A stretch of DNA of 64,000 nucleotides, from NCBI GenBank assembly GCA_020852375.1, contig JADZAY010000008.1, positions 9,688-73,687 on the forward strand, in the 5' to 3' direction. The notes beneath the pieces were generated by a model. That model was not told where the DNA came from. It saw only the letters and a program-made list of their open reading frames with translations, and ran no database searches. Shown piece by piece: positions 1 to 9,104 of the stretch. Source of the DNA: Candidatus Yanofskybacteria bacterium (GTDB taxonomy: Bacteria; Patescibacteriota; Minisyncoccia; 2-02-FULL-40-12; GWA2-44-9). Every line of letters begins with the position of its first letter. Positions within the stretch are counted from its first letter, which is position 1. The position numbers were made by a program, and so were the translations under genes.

Positions 1-266
1 ACGTCGCCGTAGCACCACGACGCTTCGGTTTGGTCGCCGGTGCCGCGGTGGTTCGCGCACAGGCGGTTCGCAAGGCGCTCGGCGGGGCCGTCCCAGAGGA
101 CGTACGACGTGGCGTCGATGCCGCGCCCGAACTCGGTCCGCTCGAACGGCGTGGGCCGGTAGCGGCCCTGGGCCTCGGCGACGGGGGCGTAGACGCCCAC
201 GATGACGGCGATGGCGAGGATGGCGAAGGCCACCATTGCGCACTCGGTCGACATCAGCTTCTTCAT
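1..266 (-). CDS. Putative secreted hypothetical protein (partial, runs off left edge)
   Basis: ATG at 266 with AGGAGG SD. MKKLMSTECAMVAFAILAIAVIVGVYAPVAEAQ resembles a signal peptide. The frame is open to the window edge. Confidence 0.65.
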   Translation of the reverse strand, partial: MKKLMSTECAMVAFAILAIAVIVGVYAPVAEAQGRYRPTPFERTEFGRGIDATSYVLWDGPAERLANRLCANHRGTGDQTEASWCYGD

Positions 267-333
267 TTCTCCTCCTGATGCCCCTGCCGGGGCTTGGAAA
301 CGTTCTTTCTTTCTTTCCTATCGTTGCCCATAC

Positions 334-362
334 ATTATAGCAGAATTCCACGAATAAGTCAA
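334..362 (-). promoter_or_regulatory. Sigma70-type promoter
   Basis: TTGACT-17 nt-TATAAT with extended TGn on the minus strand, upstream of the CDS starting at 266. Confidence 0.7.
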
Positions 363-402
363 CTATCGGAAAGTGCAAAAAACCAGCATGTTAAGCCGAT
401 TT

Positions 403-1245
403 TTACTGCATCGAGCGAATATGCTTGAGGGCGGCGATGTCCCGATCGCGGCCCTCGCTTTCCGTTTCCAAGATCCAGTCGATGCGGGAGAACTCTGGAG
501 TGGTGAGTATATTTGCAAGACCGGTCGTCCCGATGAATCCATTTCCGATGTGGTCGTGTCGATCCTTGTGGCCACCGAGGTCGGTCTTGCTATCGTTTAC
601 ATGGCTGAGGCGGAGGCGCTTCAGTCCGATCGTGCGGTCGAACTCTTCGAGTACCCGCGCCGCGCCGTCGGGGGTTCGGAAGTCGTACCCCGATGCGAAT
701 GCGTGACAGGTATCAAAGCAGATGCCACCGAATCCTTGAACTTCGATGGCGGGTCGTATCATGTCGGCATTTTCCTGGAAGGTATCGCCGAGTACCTGCC
801 CCGCTCCGGCGGATATTTCAACGAGTAGCTCGCAGGAGCCGGTATAGTCGCGCAGGATATCTTCGAGACCTTTCTGGACGGCCTCGATCCCCTCTTCGAG
901 CGCTCTGCCGGTGTGTGATCCGGGGTGGAACATAACGAACTGCGCTCCGAGGAGAGACCCGCGCTCGAGCTCTTCCCGAATGATCCGCCGACTCGCATGC
1001 CGAGTCGCAGGGTTCGGAGAAGCAAGATTAATGTAGTAGGGCGCATGAATGACAAACCGTCCGAAACCGGCGTGCCGCATGTTCTTTTTGAATTCCGCGA
1101 TGACCTCATCGGTCAGTTGTGGGGCTGGGCCGCCCTGGGGGGACCGGGTGAAGCACTGAAATGTTTCGCAGTCCTCCTGGAGGGCGCGGATGGGGGCATT
1201 TACAATGCCCCCGGCGATGCTTACATGGGCTCCGATGGCGTTCAT
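403..1245 (-). CDS. nfo: Endonuclease IV (AP endonuclease family 2)
   Basis: IGAHVSIAGG, HAPYYINLAS, FHPGS, CFDTCHAFASGYD and HVNDSK...DRHDHIG motifs. Confidence 0.93.
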   Translation of the reverse strand: MNAIGAHVSIAGGIVNAPIRALQEDCETFQCFTRSPQGGPAPQLTDEVIAEFKKNMRHAGFGRFVIHAPYYINLASPNPATRHASRRIIREELERGSLLGAQFVMFHPGSHTGRALEEGIEAVQKGLEDILRDYTGSCELLVEISAGAGQVLGDTFQENADMIRPAIEVQGFGGICFDTCHAFASGYDFRTPDGAARVLEEFDRTIGLKRLRLSHVNDSKTDLGGHKDRHDHIGNGFIGTTGLANILTTPEFSRIDWILETESEGRDRDIAALKHIRSMQ

Positions 1246-1247
1246 GT

Positions 1248-1607
1248 CTAGATGTTTTCGAATAGTTCGATATCGGGAGTGGTCTCCCCTATGATAACGG
1301 AGATGACGTCCATCTGCCACGGGGTCTCATCGGTGTACCGATTCGCGGAGAGCCACGTTTGCGCTGTACGCATGACCTTGTGCATCTTCCAGCCATTCGC
1401 GCGCAGGAACGGCTCGAAACCCGATACGAGGCGTTGTGCCGTCTTTACTTCAATGAAGTGGATGACTCCATTTCGGCGTGCGACGATGTCGAGTTCGCCC
1501 CACGGGCGCCGCCAATTTCGGTCGACGATAGAAAAACCGGACTCGGTGAGCCAGGCGCACGCCAATTCCTCCCCCTTTTTCCCTACTCTGTCGGTGATAT
1601 TTCCCAT
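1248..1607 (-). CDS. yraN: YraN/UPF0102 family nuclease
   Basis: GKKGEELAC, RNWRRPWGELDIVA and FIEVK motifs; 119 aa. Confidence 0.9.
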   Translation of the reverse strand: MGNITDRVGKKGEELACAWLTESGFSIVDRNWRRPWGELDIVARRNGVIHFIEVKTAQRLVSGFEPFLRANGWKMHKVMRTAQTWLSANRYTDETPWQMDVISVIIGETTPDIELFENI

Positions 1608-1775
1608 GGAGTTGACACTACTACATTGAACGGGGTCCAATATCCCTTGTGGACAATGAATCCGGTGGGCGTTGACCAAAAGACCCCAAAATGCTAATCT
1701 CTGCCAGTAATTCTCGCAAGAGAATTTTTGCTTTCTTTGGCGAAAAGCGGCGAAATTCGTTGTTTTTAGCCAAGT

Positions 1776-2957
1776 TTGCCTATTAGTACAATCCTCTCCA
1801 GAACTAGCTCACAGGTCCGCAGGTTTTTTGCCGAAAGTCGGATCGGGGCGATCATAGGACGAGTGACCGCAAGCAGATATACGGAGCTCTACGCCGTTGT
1901 TTTTGTTGCCGTCACGGCGCTCGTGTTCTATGGGTCCAGCAATGAGGGGCAGGCTTCCCTGCTCGATAACTGGGTTCGCCAGTATATCGAAGAGAAGGCC
2001 GTCGCTTTTGATACGTCCCGCGGGCTTTCCTCGTCTCAGATGGCCGATATTAATAGCATTTTTGCGGGTGTTGGCGGTGATGCGGCTATTTCCTCCCCTG
2101 CTCCCAGCATGGCAGCTTCGACCATCCGGGAAAGTGCGGTGGTTGCCATATCTCCCCCTGATACCGACTATCTCTCCCGCATATCCGGCCGGAGGTCCGG
2201 TGTTATCGAATACACCGTCCAACAGGGCGACCTCATCTCATTTATCGCGTCAGACTTCGGCGTGAGCGTGAATTCGATACTCTGGGCGAATGCACTTAAG
2301 GACGCTGACAGTATCTCCCCCGGGCAGGTTCTTCGAATTCCTCCGGTGACCGGAGTGATCCATCGCGTAAAAGGCGGGGAGACGGTTGCTGCCCTTGCAA
2401 AGAAGTACTCAGCGAGCGAGGAGCGCATTATTGCTTACAATCGCCTGCCAGTGAGCGGCGAGCTTGATGCTGGGGACGAGATCATCATCCCGGGCGGGGT
2501 CATGCAGGGGATTTCGAGCGGAACGATAAAGGTGCCGCTATTTGGCACGGCGTCCGTTGCGAGCCTCGCAAATGCCGCGAAACAGTTTGCTCACCTCCCC
2601 GATCTCGGAGATTACTTCAAGCTTCCGACCTTTGGATTCAACTGGGGGCGCATTCACGGGAGAAATGGCGTGGATATGGCGAATTCCTGCGGAACCCCGA
2701 TCTACGCGGCAGCGGACGGAAAAGTGACCGTTGCTGACGCAACTGGCTACAATGGCGGTTTTGGGAAGTACATCAAGATCTCTCACGATAATGGAACGGA
2801 AACGCTCTACGCACATGCGTCGAAGCTTCTCGTTGAGTCCGGGCAAGTAGTTGGAAAAGGGGACAAGATCGCTCTTATGGGGACGACGGGGCGCTCGACC
2901 GGATGCCACCTGCATTTCGAGGTGCATGGAGCGCAGAACCCGCTTGCTAAGAAGTAA
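1776..2957 (+). CDS. LysM-repeat M23 family peptidoglycan peptidase
   Basis: N-terminal TM, two LysM repeats (YTVQQGD, HRVKGGET), then M23 motifs GVDMA, YAH and STGCHLHFEV. Start uncertain (TTG). Confidence 0.88.
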   Translation: MPISTILSRTSSQVRRFFAESRIGAIIGRVTASRYTELYAVVFVAVTALVFYGSSNEGQASLLDNWVRQYIEEKAVAFDTSRGLSSSQMADINSIFAGVGGDAAISSPAPSMAASTIRESAVVAISPPDTDYLSRISGRRSGVIEYTVQQGDLISFIASDFGVSVNSILWANALKDADSISPGQVLRIPPVTGVIHRVKGGETVAALAKKYSASEERIIAYNRLPVSGELDAGDEIIIPGGVMQGISSGTIKVPLFGTASVASLANAAKQFAHLPDLGDYFKLPTFGFNWGRIHGRNGVDMANSCGTPIYAAADGKVTVADATGYNGGFGKYIKISHDNGTETLYAHASKLLVESGQVVGKGDKIALMGTTGRSTGCHLHFEVHGAQNPLAKK

Positions 2958-4464
2958 TCCTCTCGCTCATGCGGAGCGCCATGGCCTCCGCAATATGGTG
3001 CGACTCGATGATCTGCGCACCCTCGAGATCGGCAATCGTTCGGCCGATCTTTTTTATCTTATGGTAAGCACGGAGCGAAAGATTATTTCGATTTACCGCC
3101 ATTTTAAGGAGATTCTCGGCGTCGGCCGTGAGAACGCAGAGCGAATCGATGTTCGTGTGGCGGATCTCGCTATTGGTAACAAGCCCGAACGGAGAAAGGC
3201 GTTCCTGTTGGGCTTCGCGAGCCCGTACGATGGCTTTTCTTGCCGCGATGATATCTGTGGGGGATGATGCCGCATCATCGATCCGTTCTCGCGAAACCTG
3301 GACTCGAATATCCACGCGGTCGAGGAGCGGCCCGGAGATTCGTTTTGCGTATTTCAGTGCCGTAATAGGGGAGCATGTGCATTCGGCTGACGCATCTCCG
3401 AGATTCCCGCAGGGGCATGGATTCATTGCGGCAACGAGCATGAATTTTGCAGGGAGCGTCATTGACCCCGACGCTCGCGAGATGGAAACGACACCGTCTT
3501 CAAGGGGCTGGCGGAGCGCTTCGAGGACATTTCGTGCGAATTCGGGGAGCTCGTCCAGGAAAAGAACCCCGCGATGCGCAAGGCTTACTTGGCCTGGACG
3601 AACAACGGTGCCGCCACCGACGATAGATGCTGAGGATGCCGTGTGATGAGGCGATGAAAACGGCCGGGTGATGGCGCTGACCGGCCCCCGCAAAAGTCCC
3701 GCTGCGCTCTGGATCTTTGCCACCTCGAGGGCCTCCTGGCTCGTGAGCGGCGGAAGAAGGCCCGCCAGCGAGCGTGCCAGCAGCGTCTTTCCTGAGCCGG
3801 GGGATCCGCTCATGAGTACATTGTGGGCGCCCGCGGCGGCAACAATGAGCGCTCGTTTTGCGGTTTGCTGGCCCTTGATGTGCAGAAAGGAGTCATCATT
3901 TGGCACTGGTGCCACGGCGGTGTCACCAGGTGTCACCGGTATTGGCACCTGGTGACACAGGTGTGACACCACCTGCGACAAGGTGTCAGCTCCGATGACA
4001 CCAACCCCTGACACCACCGATGCCTCCGCGGCGTTGCAGGAGGGGACGATGATCTGCTCGATCCCGAGCTCCTTGGCGAGCATTGTGGCGGCCAAAATAC
4101 CGTTCGTATGAGCGAGGTGCCCATCAAGGCCTAGCTCTCCGATGAGCAGCGTCTTTGGCCCAGCTATGACGGCCTGACGGCTCTCAGCGAGGTAGGCTAC
4201 GGCGATCGGAAGGTCGTATCCCGGCCCCTCTTTCTTGATGTCGGCCGGTGCTAAGTTCACCACAAACCGCTTATTCTTGCTCCGAGGCGCAGAGAAGCCG
4301 CTATTTTTTATAGCGGCTTCTATTCGATCGATTGATTCCTGCACCGCTTTGTCGCCAAGACCGACGATCGAAAACGCATGAATGCCCGGATTCGAATCTA
4401 TCTGAACTCGAACGAGTTGAGCGTCGATCCCACCGAGTGCAGCTGAGAGGAATTGATGCGCCAC
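2947..4464 (-). CDS. comM: ComM/YifB Mg-chelatase-like AAA+ ATPase
   Basis: VNLAPADIKKEG, Walker A GSPGSGKT, LFLDELPEF, AAMNPCPCG and ISGPLLDRVD motifs. Confidence 0.93.
   Translation of the reverse strand: MAHQFLSAALGGIDAQLVRVQIDSNPGIHAFSIVGLGDKAVQESIDRIEAAIKNSGFSAPRSKNKRFVVNLAPADIKKEGPGYDLPIAVAYLAESRQAVIAGPKTLLIGELGLDGHLAHTNGILAATMLAKELGIEQIIVPSCNAAEASVVSGVGVIGADTLSQVVSHLCHQVPIPVTPGDTAVAPVPNDDSFLHIKGQQTAKRALIVAAAGAHNVLMSGSPGSGKTLLARSLAGLLPPLTSQEALEVAKIQSAAGLLRGPVSAITRPFSSPHHTASSASIVGGGTVVRPGQVSLAHRGVLFLDELPEFARNVLEALRQPLEDGVVSISRASGSMTLPAKFMLVAAMNPCPCGNLGDASAECTCSPITALKYAKRISGPLLDRVDIRVQVSRERIDDAASSPTDIIAARKAIVRAREAQQERLSPFGLVTNSEIRHTNIDSLCVLTADAENLLKMAVNRNNLSLRAYHKIKKIGRTIADLEGAQIIESHHIAEAMALRMSERITS
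3908..4015. repeat. Cluster of 8 TGRCACC/GGTGYCA heptamers inside comM
   Basis: Exact copies start at 3908, 3919, 3929, 3943, 3964, 3982, 3996 and 4009. Confidence 0.8.
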
Positions 4465-4498
4465 AGATCAATGCGCCCCCTCAAGCGCAAAATGGGCT

Positions 4499-4825
4499 CT
4501 AGGCAGCGGTCTGACTCGTCTCCTGTATCTTATCGTTCAAACGAGCCATCTCCTCTCCTGCGCGATTTTTGAGGGCAATAAGGAGATCCTGCGTTTCTGA
4601 ATCGGCTGTGAACTCTTGCGCGTCTTCCGACGGCTCGTTTCCACCCGAGTCTGCGTGGATCATGGGGATGCGCTCTGCGAGCTTGTTTGAGAACAAGTTG
4701 TACGCTGCCCACTTTTTCCGCATTTCATCGATGCCGCCCTCGGGGAGCGACTCGATCACGCTCAATTCTTTTTGGGTTCCACTGACTTCTGCGGCGCTGG
4801 AGATATCTTCTGGAAAATGTTCCAT
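4499..4825 (-). CDS. Hypothetical protein (108 aa)
   Basis: ORF MEHFPEDISS...; acidic, helical composition; no motif recognised. Confidence 0.55.
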   Translation of the reverse strand: MEHFPEDISSAAEVSGTQKELSVIESLPEGGIDEMRKKWAAYNLFSNKLAERIPMIHADSGGNEPSEDAQEFTADSETQDLLIALKNRAGEEMARLNDKIQETSQTAA

Positions 4826-5047
4826 ATGCGAAATGATTAGTGCTTCAGGTATATCACGGTGGGGCGAGGGAATCAACAGAAGAAAAGGAAAGGGCGCCCG
4901 TATACCCCGTAAACCGTAATGGTTGTTTATGGGAGAGCGCCCGTTACCGCCAGACCCCCGACCGGCAATCTTGCCTCGCCGAGAGTTGTTAGGTTGTGCT
5001 GTCGATGTGATGTGTCCGTCGGTCTCCCCAGAAGAGAGGTGACACGC

Positions 5048-5293
5048 GGTGCCATCACGCTGCAATGAACTGACACCATCATATGGCACCACGTGGCACC
5101 ACGCAATGGCACCGAGTGGATAACTTGGCACCACAATATGGCACCACGTGGCACCACGCAATGCGAATTGGCACCAGGGGGTGCAAAATTATCGGCGAAA
5201 TATAAAGAGAAAATGAATGACACCTGGGATGTGGTGCCAGGTGCCATGAGTGGTGCCACTGTGGATGACACCGGGGATAACTTGCCGGTGTCA
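5048..5293. repeat. Intergenic array of 15 TGRCACC/GGTGYCA heptamers with a 28-bp direct repeat and an A-rich core
   Basis: 15 exact heptamers. ATATGGCACCACGTGGCACCACGCAATG occurs at 5081-5108 and 5136-5163. A-rich stretch at about 5185-5220. Confidence 0.9.
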
Positions 5294-6679
5294 CTGCATG
5301 AGCTGGTCGATGGCGAAGAACATCGCCTCTCGTGAGCCGGTGAGGACGAGGTAATTCTTCCCGTTCGAAGCAAGGACGATGGCGTAGTCGATACTGCGGT
5401 CTGCGTAGGGGAAGTTCCAGTACCGGACGGCGATCTGGCGATAGGTTCCCGTTGAAAACTCCTGCACAACGCGGCGGCTCATACCGTAGCCGAAGAATGG
5501 CGCTCCGGCAGATGCGAGACCGGTATTTTCCCAGACGGTGAGCGCTTGGTTGGCTTTCGTGGCGTTCGAGAGCTCCATCACGATCGCGATGCGAGTTCCG
5601 ACCGCGGCGTCGGGGTCAACGGTGCCGGAGGCGGTGAACTGCTCGGTCTGGCCGAAGGCGAGTACCATCCAGTCGGAGGCGAGCGTTGATGCGAGGTCGG
5701 CCGGCACTCCGCCATCAAGCATAATGTCCAAGAACTGAGCAGCTGTTGCGGACCCGCCGTTCAGCTCCACAATGACCGGAACCGCCTGCTTGCTCTTCGG
5801 CGCAGTGTTCGCAAGGGCGCTTGCGAAATCAGTCCGTGCAACGGTGTCATTCTTCAGCGTCGCAGTCACCGTCTGTCCTTTGAAGTACGAGGAGAGTGAG
5901 CGGCCGAGCACCGGGGCTGATGTTGCTGCAGCGGGAGTGGGGGTTTGGGATGGGGTTGGCGTTTCATCTCCGCCGAAGAGCGATGTAATGAGGAGCGCGA
6001 TCCCTCCGATGACGATCGCGCCGAGGATGCCCACGACGACTTTCTTCAGCATCCCCGAAGGCGCAGTTGCGGCGGGAACGGAAATCGTAGGCGCCTGCCG
6101 AGGCGCTTCGGCAGGCGTTTTTTGTTGCGGCGGAACTCCCATTGGGGCTTGGCCGACGCGGATGTTCCCGATATCGGCCGACATCGTGCGAAGCTCGCTG
6201 CTGTAATCAGCCGCGGTTTCCGTCTTTTGCGTTGGTTTCGGCGCCTGGGGTATTACTGGGGGCGCAGGTGGAGCTGGCGGGCGTGGGGCGACTGGGCGTA
6301 TCGGCGCCACAGGAGTCTTCGGCGGTGGTGGCGGCGGGGGAGGCATCGCGGGTCGTCCGAGCGGCGCGACTCCCTGCGGCGCTGGCGGCATTGCGGGAGG
6401 AGTTTTTGGAGCTTGAGGTGTGGGTGCCGGCGAGGGAGGAGGCGTTGCGACCGGCTGCGGTGCGGCCATTTTGGGTTGTGCTGGTGTCGGGGCGGGCATT
6501 GGTGCCAGAACCGCCGGCTGCGGTGCTTGCCCCGGCGCACGGATCGGGAGATTCGTCGGAGCGCCTGATCGCGTTGGTGCTGGCGGATTCGACGCCTGAT
6601 CTTTTGCCCGCTGAGCCGCGAGGTCATTGAGCATAGCGCTGATACGAGCGGCATTCGGGGATTGCGGTTGGTCGGGCAT
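5291..6679 (-). CDS. Proline-rich single-pass membrane protein
   Basis: Long Pro/Ala/Gln-rich N-terminus, TM VVVGILGAIVIGGIALLITSLF and a globular C-terminal domain. Confidence 0.75.
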   Translation of the reverse strand: MPDQPQSPNAARISAMLNDLAAQRAKDQASNPPAPTRSGAPTNLPIRAPGQAPQPAVLAPMPAPTPAQPKMAAPQPVATPPPSPAPTPQAPKTPPAMPPAPQGVAPLGRPAMPPPPPPPPKTPVAPIRPVAPRPPAPPAPPVIPQAPKPTQKTETAADYSSELRTMSADIGNIRVGQAPMGVPPQQKTPAEAPRQAPTISVPAATAPSGMLKKVVVGILGAIVIGGIALLITSLFGGDETPTPSQTPTPAAATSAPVLGRSLSSYFKGQTVTATLKNDTVARTDFASALANTAPKSKQAVPVIVELNGGSATAAQFLDIMLDGGVPADLASTLASDWMVLAFGQTEQFTASGTVDPDAAVGTRIAIVMELSNATKANQALTVWENTGLASAGAPFFGYGMSRRVVQEFSTGTYRQIAVRYWNFPYADRSIDYAIVLASNGKNYLVLTGSREAMFFAIDQLMQ

Positions 6680-6724
6680 TGTGAGAGTGGTTATGCGTCA
6701 ATCATACCTCCGAAGTAGAGAAAT

Positions 6725-6750
6725 CGAAAAGGCCCTCGCGGGCCTTTTCG
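6725..6750. terminator. Intrinsic terminator-like hairpin after pnp
   Basis: CGAAAAGGCCC-TCGC-GGGCCTTTTCG. Confidence 0.7.
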
Positions 6751-6762
6751 GAAACGTGTGCG

Positions 6763-8916
6763 TTACGAGTGTCGGCTTCGGTCGCCGCCGCCGCGGGGGC
6801 GTTCCCCTCGCGGCTTTCCGTTTGGGCCGAGCATCGAAAGGGAGATCTTCCCCTCCGGGCTTACGGAGACGACCCACACATGTACTTTTTGGCCTTCCTT
6901 CACCACGTCTGAAGGATGAGCGACTCGTTCGGTGCTCATCTCTGAGACATGGACCATACCGTCCTTGCCGGGGACGATCTCAACGAAAGCGCCGAAATCC
7001 TTTATCGAGACGACAGTTCCGTCGAACTCATCGCCCGGCTTTGGTTCGTAGGTGAGCTGTTCAATGCGCTCGATGGCAAGCTTCATGCCATCCGCAGAGG
7101 CGCAAGTGATGAAGACCATGCCATCGTCTTCGATGTCGATAGTCGCGCCAGTTTCATCGATGATCGCGTTGATCGTCTTTCCACCGGAGCCGATGACCAA
7201 GCCGATCTTTTCGGGGTCGATTCGCATGGTGTGGACGCGCGGGGCATGCGGTGAAAGCTCGGAGCGGGGCGCGGCGATCGCAGATTCCATGACCGCGAGG
7301 ATCTCCAAGCGCGCCTTTCGGGCCTGCGCAAGTGTTTCGCGCACGATGGTCGGTGTGATGCCGTCGATCTTCACATCCATCTGCATGGCTGTGACGCCGT
7401 CTTTTGTTCCGGCCACTTTCAGGTCCATGTCGCCGTGGTGGTCCTCCGGGCCCTGGATATCGGTAAGGATCTTGTAGCTTTCTCCTTTCTCATCCAGCAT
7501 AAGCCCCATCGCGATACCGGCAGCCGGCGCGAGGATCGGGACGCCGCCATCCATAAGCGCAAGGGTGGAGCCGCATACGGATGCCTGCGACGATGACCCG
7601 TTCGATCCGAGAATTTCTGAAACAACACGGATCGTGTAGGGGAATTTCTCCCGAGAGGGGATGATCGGTGCGAGCGCACGCTCGGCGAGGGCTCCATGGC
7701 CAACCTCACGCCGCCCGGGAGCTCCCATGCGTCCCGTTTCACCGACCGAGTACGGAGGGAAGTTGTAGTGGTGGATGAATCCTTTCTTTGTGAGGTCGAT
7801 CTCCATGCTCTCGAGCCACTGCTCTTGGCCCGGCGCGCCGAGCGTTAGCACAGACAGCGCCTGCGTTTCGCCGCGCATAAAGAGCCCGTTTCCGTGGGTG
7901 CGCGGGATCACGCCGATCTCCGCGCTGATGGGGCGGAGCTCATCGAGCTTTCGTCCGTCCACGCGCCGGTTCTTCTCGAGAACGTTGCGGTGAACGACGT
8001 TGTTGATCGCCTCCTCAAACAGACTTTCGGCGGCGGTTTTCTTTGCTTCGAGATCGGGGGCTCCCGCATAGGTCTCGTCCAAGTGCTTCATGAGCTCTTC
8101 TTTCACTGCCGCCTGTCCGGCGTAGTGCTCCGCTTTCGACGATGTGAAGATGGCAGTGTCGAGCTTCGGTTCGCAGAAATCGCGAACCTCGCGGGCGAGC
8201 GCTTCGTCGACGGCCGCCATGGCGAGTTCGGCCTTCTGTTTGCCGACCTCTTTCGCGATCGTTATCTGGAGGTCATTGAGCTCCTTGAGAGCTTTGAATC
8301 CCGCTTCAATGGCATCACCCATGACATCCTCGGAAACGATCTTCGCTCCCGCCTCGATCATATTGATGCGGGTCGAGGTGCCGGAAACGATGATGTCGAG
8401 GTCGCTCTCGAGGCGCTCTGCGTAGGTTGGGTTGATGACGAATGCGCCATTGATGCGGCCGACGCGCACGCTTGCCACCGGACCCGCGTAGGGGATGTCA
8501 GAGATCATGAGCGCCGTGGAAACGGCGAAGACCGCCGGCATATCGGCGTCGTTGATCTTGTCGAAGGTGAGCACGGTCGCAACGCACTGAAGCTCGTTTC
8601 GCGTGCGATGATCGAAGCGAGGGCGAATGGAGCGATCGATGACCCGCCCCGTCAGGATCGCCTCTTCGGTGGGGCGGCCTTCGCGCTTCAGCCACTTCGA
8701 ATCCTTGATCTTCCCCGCAGCGTAATAGCGTTCCTCAAAGTCGACGGACAACGGAAAATAATCCTTCGGGGTGACGTTGCCGAGGACTGCCGTCGCCAGA
8801 ACGGTCGTTTCGCCGTACTGGACCAACACCGAACCGTTCGCTTGCTGCGCCAACTTGCCCGTCTTTATGATGAGCGGCTTTCCCGCGAATGTCGCGGTAT
8901 ATACTTTTTCTGCCAT
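6763..8916 (-). CDS. pnp: Polyribonucleotide nucleotidyltransferase
   Basis: Two RNase PH domains (IDRSIRP, RREVGHG, SNGSSSQAS, GDMDLKVAG), a KH domain (VIGSGGKTI) and an S1 domain. Confidence 0.97.
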   Translation of the reverse strand: MAEKVYTATFAGKPLIIKTGKLAQQANGSVLVQYGETTVLATAVLGNVTPKDYFPLSVDFEERYYAAGKIKDSKWLKREGRPTEEAILTGRVIDRSIRPRFDHRTRNELQCVATVLTFDKINDADMPAVFAVSTALMISDIPYAGPVASVRVGRINGAFVINPTYAERLESDLDIIVSGTSTRINMIEAGAKIVSEDVMGDAIEAGFKALKELNDLQITIAKEVGKQKAELAMAAVDEALAREVRDFCEPKLDTAIFTSSKAEHYAGQAAVKEELMKHLDETYAGAPDLEAKKTAAESLFEEAINNVVHRNVLEKNRRVDGRKLDELRPISAEIGVIPRTHGNGLFMRGETQALSVLTLGAPGQEQWLESMEIDLTKKGFIHHYNFPPYSVGETGRMGAPGRREVGHGALAERALAPIIPSREKFPYTIRVVSEILGSNGSSSQASVCGSTLALMDGGVPILAPAAGIAMGLMLDEKGESYKILTDIQGPEDHHGDMDLKVAGTKDGVTAMQMDVKIDGITPTIVRETLAQARKARLEILAVMESAIAAPRSELSPHAPRVHTMRIDPEKIGLVIGSGGKTINAIIDETGATIDIEDDGMVFITCASADGMKLAIERIEQLTYEPKPGDEFDGTVVSIKDFGAFVEIVPGKDGMVHVSEMSTERVAHPSDVVKEGQKVHVWVVSVSPEGKISLSMLGPNGKPRGERPRGGGDRSRHS

Positions 8917-9104
8917 CTGAATGGCGGCGATGCCGAGCGTGCCTCTCGCATTCTGAGGAGTGCGGGAGGCGGAGTTCACTCTAAGCCGCAATGTTTCGGT
9001 TGAAACGCTTCGGTCTAGATTGAACTCGGTGTCCGTATCGTGCAGGGCCGCGTTGTGAATCTACGCGGAAAAGTATGCCACAAATGACGAGAAAAAGCCA
9101 GCGC

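Noticed and set aside
5081-5163. 28-bp direct repeat as a mini-CRISPR
   Set aside because: Only two copies, the intervening sequence is made of the same heptamer, and there are no cas genes.
8941-8970. Hairpin upstream of pnp as an autoregulatory leader
   Set aside because: Its G-T pairs work on the plus strand but become mismatches in the minus-strand pnp mRNA; insufficient support.
7894-9003. Long antisense ORFs over pnp (and similarly over gatA, ileS, pilM, gyrB)
   Set aside because: Shadows of well-supported genes on the opposite strand.
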